From Fastidiosibacter lacustris (GTDB lineage: Bacteria > Pseudomonadota > Gammaproteobacteria > Francisellales > Francisellaceae): a stretch of DNA of 32,000 nucleotides. Positions 25,643-32,000 of the stretch are shown piece by piece. Position numbers and translations under genes: made by a program. Each line of letters opens with the position of its first letter. Positions within the stretch are counted from its first letter, which is position 1. The DNA lies in the NCBI RefSeq assembly GCF_003428155.1, contig NZ_QLIR01000012.1:30001-62000 (forward strand). The letters are read 5' to 3'. The notes under the pieces were generated by a model, which did no database searches, was not told the origin of the DNA, and was given only the letters and a program-made list of their open reading frames with translations.

Positions 25643-27124
25643 ATGACTAGAAAAAATAATTGGAAAACACCCATCCCATTATCGCATATATCAGCAAAGC
25701 AAGCTGATTATCCGCTTGATGCTTTACCTGATATTATCAAAGATGCTATCCAGTCTTATGCCGAGTACGGGCAGCAACCCATTCCATTATTAGCTAATAG
25801 CGCCCTGTCTAATGTCTCACTAAGCTGCCAAGGGCTAGCCAATGTTGCACGTGATGATGTGCTGACCAGCCCTGTCTCCATGTACTTTATTACGGTTGCA
25901 TCCAGTGGTGAGCGTAAAACGGCGGCTGATAAAGTCTTTAGCAAAGGTGTTGAGGATTGGCAAAATAAGACAACGAAAACCATGATGCCAGAATATACGC
26001 GCATCAAAAATGAATACACTACTTGGTCAATCAAGCGCAAAGGATTGCTAATGATGATTAGACGTTTAGCTACTCAAGGTTATGAAACAGATCAATATGA
26101 TGGTTACTATGATCAAGTAATGCTTGAAGAACCAGAAATACCTTTATTGCCTAAACTTAAATATGAGGACATCACCGCAGAAGCTTTAAGCGAAAACTTA
26201 GCAAAGGAATATCCAAGCACAAGTATTTGGTCAGACGAGGCAGGCATTTCCTTATCAAGCCCAAGTATGCAAAAAGACAACACAAAGTTTGTTGCCTTAC
26301 TAAACCGGCTATGGGATGCGCAACCCATAGCCGTACATCGTAAAACAACCGGTGATCTATTCATCAAAGATCGGCGGTTTACACTGAACCTAATGATGCA
26401 ACCACTATTGTTAGAACAAATGCTCAAAAAAGGTGATGGCATTAATAGAAACAGTGGTTTTCTTGCACGAACCTTATTAGCTTACCCTACTTCAACAATG
26501 GGCAATCGATATTACAAAGAGCCATTCAAGAACGTCACTGAACATCTTGATAAATTTCACAGGCGCATTAAAACCTGTCTGAGCAACACTCAGCCAGTTG
26601 ATAAATACGGTTTTGGATACATTCCAACGCTTATCTTTAGCAAAACAGCTAAAGAAGCATGGGTGAAATACTTTAATTATATTGAAACCGCTATCGCCAA
26701 CGAATACCACTGGCAATCAATCCATGACTTGGCATCTAAAGCCAGTGAGAATATTGCAAGGCTAGCTGCCCTATTCCATTTATTTACAGGTAAACAAGGC
26801 ACTGAAATATCTGCTGAACACATCGAGTCTGCTTATCAGATTATCGAATGGCATTTAAATGAAGCTAAACGCATCTTTGGAGAAACCAAACTGACACAGG
26901 TTGAGCACGATGCCAAGTTAATAATTGACGCCATCATCTCAAAGAATATTGTTGAAACCACTTCACGCGAGATTTTACGTGTCACACCCGTCCGTGACAA
27001 AAGCAGACGAGATCAAGCAATTAAGCTACTTGAGAAGTCGAATTACCTTATTTCAACGCCAGATGCTAAGCGCACAAAGATCATCTTTCACCCAACGCTA
27101 TTCAAAACCTCTGTGACAGTTTGA
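25643..27124 (+). CDS. DUF3987 / YfjI-family protein (helicase-like domain common in mobile elements)
   Basis: N-terminus WKTPIPL...DYPLDALPDIIKDAIQSYAEYGQQPIPLLANSALSNVSLSCQG is the typical DUF3987 opening. 493 aa. Confidence 0.65.
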   Translation: MTRKNNWKTPIPLSHISAKQADYPLDALPDIIKDAIQSYAEYGQQPIPLLANSALSNVSLSCQGLANVARDDVLTSPVSMYFITVASSGERKTAADKVFSKGVEDWQNKTTKTMMPEYTRIKNEYTTWSIKRKGLLMMIRRLATQGYETDQYDGYYDQVMLEEPEIPLLPKLKYEDITAEALSENLAKEYPSTSIWSDEAGISLSSPSMQKDNTKFVALLNRLWDAQPIAVHRKTTGDLFIKDRRFTLNLMMQPLLLEQMLKKGDGINRNSGFLARTLLAYPTSTMGNRYYKEPFKNVTEHLDKFHRRIKTCLSNTQPVDKYGFGYIPTLIFSKTAKEAWVKYFNYIETAIANEYHWQSIHDLASKASENIARLAALFHLFTGKQGTEISAEHIESAYQIIEWHLNEAKRIFGETKLTQVEHDAKLIIDAIISKNIVETTSREILRVTPVRDKSRRDQAIKLLEKSNYLISTPDAKRTKIIFHPTLFKTSVTV

Positions 27125-27224
27125 CAATTGTGACAATAACAATATAAACCTTATAATTCTATAGTTTTATAATCCTATAATTATCAAATAAGATCATGAC
27201 AATAGTTCAAATCACTTTGACAAT
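27114..27224. repeat. Iteron-like direct repeats: five TGACA(A/G)T copies and two tandem 14-mers
   Basis: TGACAGT at 27114. TGACAAT at 27122, 27131, 27197 and 27218. TTATAATTCTATAG at 27151-27164 and TTATAATCCTATAA at 27167-27180. Confidence 0.55.
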
Positions 27225-27335
27225 GCCACAATCAAGGTCATTATGCAACCATCTTAAATTGATTCGTGATTTTAGTTTGACTTACCCACTTCTTAATAGT
27301 AGAAATGCAACAATCATAATGAATAGCCGTTAAGC

Positions 27336-27599
27336 ATGGCAGCAAAGCAAAAGAAAAAGCGTAATAAGAAATATACACCTAAACGCCACATAGGGTGGAT
27401 TGGTTATGGCTATATCGAATACGGCAATTATGGCTGTTACTTTGAGGTAAGGTTTGACCACCTTAACAAAGAGATCAGGAAAGATGATGATTTTGGTGGG
27501 TTTGTAATTGATGTTTTGGACGAATTTGCAAAAGAGGATGGCATCACATCAGAAGCCACCAATCTGAAAATGTTGAGTTGGATTGAGTGGTGCAAGTAG
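27336..27599 (+). CDS. Hypothetical protein with a basic N-terminus (87 aa)
   Basis: ORF only. Confidence 0.4.
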   Translation: MAAKQKKKRNKKYTPKRHIGWIGYGYIEYGNYGCYFEVRFDHLNKEIRKDDDFGGFVIDVLDEFAKEDGITSEATNLKMLSWIEWCK

Positions 27600-27601
27600 T
27601 T

Positions 27602-27916
27602 CTAGCTCGCCTTTAAGGTTATCGTATAATCTAAGCCAGCAGTATATAGTTGATCTTCCAAAAGACGAGAAATAAAGAACTCTTTAGGATGTTTTAGATA
27701 CTCAGCAAACTTTAAAGCAAGCTCAACATCCACCTTACGCTCACCACTTTCAATATTGCATAGGTATTGTCGACTTATACCAATAGAGCGAGCCATTTCA
27801 GCCTGAGAAACATTTTCACACATGCGTAACGACTTTACCATATCACCAAAATATAGATGTCCTGTTATTTCAGATATAGCCTGAGATGCACTTAATTTAT
27901 TTTCACTAATATTCAT
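27602..27916 (-). CDS. XRE-family HTH antitoxin
   Basis: VSQAEMARSIGISRQYLCNIESGERKVDVELALKFAEYL is a Cro/C1-type HTH. It overlaps the upstream toxin gene by 11 nt. Confidence 0.75.
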   Translation of the reverse strand: MNISENKLSASQAISEITGHLYFGDMVKSLRMCENVSQAEMARSIGISRQYLCNIESGERKVDVELALKFAEYLKHPKEFFISRLLEDQLYTAGLDYTITLKAS

Positions 27917-28196
27917 GTTTGTTTACCTCTATTATCTCAAGATAGCTAACTTCAATTCTGCCGTTTTCATGTTCAACATAAAAAGCACGGTACGCTTTGT
28001 TTAAACGAATTGACCGCTGTCCAGTTCTGTCACCTTTTAACGGTTCATCATGGTATGAGCTTATTTGTCTAACCTCTATAACACCATATTGCTCAACCAT
28101 CAAAACCCACGTATTTAGCTTATCAATTATATGCCTTGGTATTTTTCTTAGCGATTTTGCCACTTTCCTGTCAATTATAACTTTGTTTATATTCAT
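27906..28196 (-). CDS. RelE/ParE-superfamily type II toxin
   Basis: YHDEPLKGDRTGQRSIRLNKAYRAFYVEHENGRIEVSYLEIIEVNKHEY is a typical RelE/HigB-like C-terminal pattern. 96 aa. Confidence 0.75.
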   Translation of the reverse strand: MNINKVIIDRKVAKSLRKIPRHIIDKLNTWVLMVEQYGVIEVRQISSYHDEPLKGDRTGQRSIRLNKAYRAFYVEHENGRIEVSYLEIIEVNKHEY

Positions 28197-28392
28197 CTAA
28201 CTAAAGCATAGTAACTGATATAAATATAATTGTATCCTGATTTGGATACTTTTACAAATGTTGATGTCAACTTAGACTGTAACCCCTTGATGTCAGGCAA
28301 CATCAATATATCTGTCAGATTTAAGTTGGTATTTGCTTTAGTTGGCACTTTGAAATCAATATCAAAGGGCAAGCTTGACAGCATCTACACCT

Positions 28393-28695
28393 TCAAGCTG
28401 CGATAGGGTTAACAGGTGTATGTTTCTGTTTTGCGTTCCATAAATCGTAGGCTAATTGTAAGTTTAACCAAAATTCAGCCTCCATATTAAACGCTTCAGC
28501 AAATGCTAAAGCAGTATCAGCAGTAATTCCTCGCTTGCCATTTACAATTTCGTTAATCCTTGCATATGTCCACCCTAAATGTTTTGCAAATTTTGACTGC
28601 GTTATCCCCATTGGTTCCAAAAAGTCTTTCAAAAGAATTTCACCGGCATGGGTTGGTTGTCTTGTGGTTGGAAGTCTCATTTTATCACTCCTCAA
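28393..28695 (-). CDS. higA: HigA-family HTH antitoxin
   Basis: HAGEILLKDFLEPMGITQSKFAKHLGWTYARINEIVNGKRGITADTALAFAEAF is the HigA (VapI-type) signature. 4-nt overlap with higB. Confidence 0.85.
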   Translation of the reverse strand: MRSDKMRLPTTRQPTHAGEILLKDFLEPMGITQSKFAKHLGWTYARINEIVNGKRGITADTALAFAEAFNMEAEFWLNLQLAYDLWNAKQKHTPVNPIAA

Positions 28696-28982
28696 TGGTA
28701 ATCAACAATATCAACGTCTACCGCACTATTCTTAACCAACTTGAATATAATACGATACTGATTATTAATCCGTATTGACCAACAATCTGACAGCTTGCCC
28801 TTTAGTTTTTCCAATTTATTATTTGGCGGCACATTCAAGTCTTCAATCTTAGTGACAGCATTTAGCTGATCCAATTTTCTAACTGCAAGTGAATGTAGAT
28901 TTGTTGGAAGCTTTCTAGAATATCTAGTAGATACTCCATTAAACACATCTTCAGCCATCTTACTATTAAAATTCTTAATCAA
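28692..28982 (-). CDS. higB: HigB-family toxin (plasmid maintenance system killer protein)
   Basis: AVRKLDQLNAVTKIEDLNVPPNNKLEKLKGKLSDCWSIRINNQYRIIFKL...VDIVDYH is the classical HigB/killer-protein pattern. Confidence 0.85.
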   Translation of the reverse strand: MIKNFNSKMAEDVFNGVSTRYSRKLPTNLHSLAVRKLDQLNAVTKIEDLNVPPNNKLEKLKGKLSDCWSIRINNQYRIIFKLVKNSAVDVDIVDYH

Positions 28983-29277
28983 AGCTCGATATCACTTGGT
29001 GTTTTTTAAATTATATATCGATATGCAATATATGTCAATCTCTGATCTGATATAACTCCCATAAAACTATAGTTTGGTGGGAGCATACATCCACAGCCAA
29101 CGTGCACCTTTGTGTGACTCGTTAAATGTCTGCATAAAATTCTTTTGTTATAGCCACTTGATCTAAATACACACGACAATTTTAAATACTTTAAAACACT
29201 CCCACAAAGTTGTTCCATTTTTATTTTTGTGTCATAATTGATTTCTATATATTTTATGGAGCAAATGCGTTTTAATT

Positions 29278-29886
29278 ATGATTTATGGATATGCACGAGT
29301 GTCAACTCAAGATCAAAACCTTGATATGCAAATTGAATCACTCAACAAGTATCACTGTGACGAAATTATCACAGAAAAGAAAAGTGGCACTTCGCTAGAG
29401 CGCCCTGCTTTCAAGAAACTACTTGATACCTTGCGAAAAGATGACACGCTTATCGTGTATAAACTCGATCGCATCAGCAGATCAACCAAGCATATGATTA
29501 CGCTATCAGATCACTTTAAATCTAAACAAATTAAGTTTGTATCTATCAAAGATCAGATTGACACTGCCACGCCAATGGGTGAATTCTTCTTTACGGTAAC
29601 AACGGCACTAGGACAACTTGAGCGCGACATTTTAAGCATGCGTGTCAAGGATGGGATTGAAGCTGCTAAAAACCGTGGTGTTAAGTGTGGGCGACAACCA
29701 GGAATGACCTTAGAAAACAAAAGAAAATGTGCTTATGCTTATGACATTATTACAAAGCTTAAAAAAAATGATAAGACATCAGTCGCTCAAATTCTTAAAG
29801 ATCAAGGCATTGCACGCAACACCTATTATCGCTATGTGAATGGGTATAAACAAAAATCGCCTGAAACTCAGGGCGAGTTGTTTTAA
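29278..29886 (+). CDS. Serine recombinase (resolvase/invertase family)
   Basis: MIYGYARVSTQDQNLDMQ has the catalytic Ser motif, with LIVYKLDRISRS, GQLERDI and a C-terminal HTH (IARNTYYRY). Confidence 0.9.
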   Translation: MIYGYARVSTQDQNLDMQIESLNKYHCDEIITEKKSGTSLERPAFKKLLDTLRKDDTLIVYKLDRISRSTKHMITLSDHFKSKQIKFVSIKDQIDTATPMGEFFFTVTTALGQLERDILSMRVKDGIEAAKNRGVKCGRQPGMTLENKRKCAYAYDIITKLKKNDKTSVAQILKDQGIARNTYYRYVNGYKQKSPETQGELF

Positions 29887-29988
29887 TTTGTATTAGTCTA
29901 GATATAATCTGACACTCATCTTGACTTAGATGAGGTTGCCTGTTTTGATAAACGTGAAAGAAAACAAATCAAAAACAGGAGCAACCTC

Positions 29989-30240
29989 ATGTTGGATACT
30001 AATAGTAAATTAATCAAAAATAAAGTCGGCTTGTTAAATTTAGCAGAGGAACTAGGCAATATTTCCAAAGCATGTAAGGTAATGGGTTTCTCACGAGAGA
30101 CCTTTTATCGTTATCAAGAAGCGGTAAAAGATCGTGGTATTGAAGCTTTACTGGATAAAAACAGACGTGTGCCTAATTTCAAAAATCGCGTTGATAAAGT
30201 GATTGAAAAAGCAGTTGTTGAATATGCACCGTCATATTAA
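29989..30240 (+). pseudogene. N-terminal HTH fragment of a DDE transposase (IS481/IS3-superfamily-like), truncated after 83 codons
   Basis: LLNLAEELGNISKACKVMGFSRETFYRYQEAVKDRGIEALLDKNRRVPNFKNRV is a typical transposase HTH N-terminus. No catalytic domain follows. Confidence 0.6.
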
Positions 30241-30450
30241 AGGAATAAAACTTGCCTAAGCTAAAACTTTGCACCGTCATGAATAATTGAATTCTTTAAG
30301 TTGATAAGGTATTTTAGGCATCAAATTTAATAAAGGTACAAGCAATCAGCTCAACAAATACAATTTATAACAACATTCCTTTTGTTAAAAAGAAAATTAA
30401 TTAATAGAATGAAATAGCAAGCATAAATTATTTGCGATAAAGGTTAATTT

Positions 30451-30810
30451 ATGAATAAACTTAGAAAAAGATTATATCTGATTATAATTTGCATATGTGG
30501 CATAAGCTTTAATGCCTTTGCTTCATCAAATATTGACGTAGCTTCAGTTCAAGTTGTTAATTTAACTGATAACATTATGATTAGAGATTATGCTAAAGAA
30601 ATAATTGACAAAAATAACATCCCCTATAAAACCATAGCCGAATTATATAATCAAATCATTAGCAATAGGAACGATTTATTATTCCGTTATGATGGTAAAT
30701 CCTTAATTTCTGCTAGTCAAAAATATCAAGATGATAAACTAATAACTGTTAGAATCATTAAAAAAACAAAGGTTATCGAGGGAGTTTCTATTGAGTATGA
30801 TGAAAAATAA
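30451..30810 (+). CDS. Small secreted protein (119 aa) with a signal peptide. Unknown function.
   Basis: MNKLRKRLYLIIICICGISFNAFA-SS is signal-peptide-like. Very AT-rich. It overlaps the next gene by 20 nt. Confidence 0.55.
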   Translation: MNKLRKRLYLIIICICGISFNAFASSNIDVASVQVVNLTDNIMIRDYAKEIIDKNNIPYKTIAELYNQIISNRNDLLFRYDGKSLISASQKYQDDKLITVRIIKKTKVIEGVSIEYDEK

Positions 30811-31699
30811 ATTAAAGCATAAGAGTCTATTTTTGATGACTATTACTACTACCATTGTTCATTCAGCAAATGCAATTGCATTAAACACTAAATCAGAAGA
30901 TAAATATGGTGTATTCTTCTGTACAAGAGACTTATCACAAGAATTGTATGAGCAAATTGAAAAAGGGAAAATAGCTTCATCTATATTCTTATCAACATCT
31001 TCCTCATCTGCTATAGCTTCTAGCTTACTCAGTTCATTATCTTTTAAAATTATTCTTCCTGCTAGCATTGCTTCAGGTGCAGGGGTTGCTTATTTATCGA
31101 CTAACTTTGTTCATGATTGGTATAAAAAAGGGTTTTACCAAAAAGTAACAGAGAGTTTGAATTCTATTAGTAGTGTAAGCATGAGTGGACTTCATAATAA
31201 TTATGTTAACGTAAATGACACAGTTCTGATGGGTAATACTTATAGACATTGTTCCGTTCTATTAGCTCAATACAATGATGAACAAGAAGGTCGTATTCGC
31301 TTAAAAAGTTTTGATACAAAGGGTTTTTTTCAAGATGAAAAAGGCTCTTCTCCCTTGTATGGAAACCAAAATACGGCGGTAGATAGAAATGACCTTTTGG
31401 ATAGTTCTACTGTATGTACGTTAGTAAAAAAAGCAAAAGACAAAAGAGAATATTTTAATTTAAGAGCTGAAATTTTTGACTTTTTCTCTTTTGAAACAGA
31501 TAAAGGTTACAGTTTGACAGAACGAAACTGTTGTACTGTCACGTATAATGCTGTGAAAAAAATAGACGGTAATACAAATGTAATCGACAATTCAAGCTTT
31601 AATCATGGAATTGGTATGCCTCATGATAAATCTTGGTTTTCATTTTTAGCTGCATCGCTAGAAGATGAGAAAAATGAAAAAACAACAGATGATTTATAA
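30791..31699 (+). CDS. Secreted/membrane-associated protein (302 aa). Possible papain-like (His...Cys) fold. Unknown function.
   Basis: Signal peptide KHKSLFLMTITTTIVHSANA and a Ser-rich hydrophobic segment. YRHCSVLL followed later by YSLTERNCCTVTYNAV resembles the H...NC.. active-site arrangement of NlpC/P60-LRAT-like or DUF4105-like proteins. The start may be TTG 30791 or ATG 30797. Confidence 0.5.
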   Translation: MSMMKNKLKHKSLFLMTITTTIVHSANAIALNTKSEDKYGVFFCTRDLSQELYEQIEKGKIASSIFLSTSSSSAIASSLLSSLSFKIILPASIASGAGVAYLSTNFVHDWYKKGFYQKVTESLNSISSVSMSGLHNNYVNVNDTVLMGNTYRHCSVLLAQYNDEQEGRIRLKSFDTKGFFQDEKGSSPLYGNQNTAVDRNDLLDSSTVCTLVKKAKDKREYFNLRAEIFDFFSFETDKGYSLTERNCCTVTYNAVKKIDGNTNVIDNSSFNHGIGMPHDKSWFSFLAASLEDEKNEKTTDDL

Positions 31700-31917
31700 G
31701 ATCAATATCAACCCAACTTTTTTATTAACCTTAACTTTTTATCAACGCTATACCTACCATTATACTGACAGGCTGTGTCTTAGACTACTTGGGGTTCTGT
31801 TGCTCTGGCACGACTTTGGTCCATTCGTCTATTTATTAAACAAAATATCTTGCTTAAATATAACCACTAAGAATGTTGATACCGTAATTGGCGTTTATTG
31901 ATGTAGTTGTTAAGGTG

Positions 31918-32000
31918 GTCGAGTAAGCCAGAGGAACTTCCCCTCTAACTTCTCACGGAACCGTACGTGACAGTCTCCTGTCATACGGCTCTTATTGTAC
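31918..32000 (-). mobile_element. 3' end of a group II intron (domains V and VI). The rest lies beyond the window end.
   Basis: The minus strand reads GAGCCGTATGACAGGAGACTGTCACGTACGGTTC (31991->31958), a canonical 34-nt domain V with the AGC triad. A domain VI-like stem follows (GAGAAGTTAGAGG...CCTCTGGCTTACTCGAC). Confidence 0.8.

Noticed and set aside
28193-28384. 63-aa minus-strand ORF between the two TA modules
   Set aside because: It occupies the promoter/operator spacer with repeated TTGATGTCA words. It has no SD and no family resemblance.
29006-29218. 70-aa minus-strand ORF upstream of the recombinase gene
   Set aside because: It lies in the divergent promoter region of higB and the recombinase. 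It has no SD, and its Cys/His-rich translation looks like a random frame.
31665-31901. 78-aa + strand ORF overlapping the end of the 302-aa gene
   Set aside because: It overlaps the preceding gene out of frame and runs into the intron-flanking non-coding DNA, with no translation signals.
1-32000. CRISPR arrays, tRNA/rRNA genes and XerC/D pdif-type sites
   Set aside because: No regularly spaced repeats of 24-40 bp, no tRNA-like T-arm/anticodon architecture and no convincing 11-6-11 Xer site were seen by eye. A dedicated scan (tRNAscan, a CRISPR finder, a pdif motif search) would be needed to exclude them formally.

Overview
AT-rich segment of a conjugative plasmid or ICE from a Gram-negative host. 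The host cannot be proven from sequence alone.

**1-8.4 kb:** the distal part of an F-type (MPF-F / MOB-F) transfer region, traF-traH-traG, a reverse-strand membrane ORF, then traT-traD.

**8.5-10.6 kb:** a tightly packed 3-gene cargo insert made of a truncated HU-like gene, a 316-aa unknown and an Rpn-family PD-(D/E)XK nuclease.

**10.6-11.5 kb:** an ORF-free stretch containing GC-rich nested palindromes.

**12.2-18.7 kb:** a 2177-aa TraI (relaxase plus RecD-like helicase) with an extra C-terminal primase-like Toprim module.

**18.8-20.2 kb:** two small RHH-like genes on the minus strand. They face an ORF-free gap that carries a near-perfect F/R100-type nic motif, which is the probable oriT.

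**20.2-29 kb:** this reads like a plasmid leading region. It holds ardC, three RelE/HigB-type toxin-antitoxin pairs, a RecX-like ORF, an AlbA_2-like ORF, several small unknowns, a DUF378 membrane protein and an HTH / WGR-like / DUF3987 operon followed by iteron-like repeats.

**29-32 kb:** a mosaic accessory end with an orphan serine recombinase, a truncated transposase, a very AT-rich pair of secreted-protein genes and the 3' end of a group II intron on the minus strand at the window edge.

No rRNA, tRNA or CRISPR array was seen. All family calls come from reading the translated ORFs and remembered family motifs. No searches were run.
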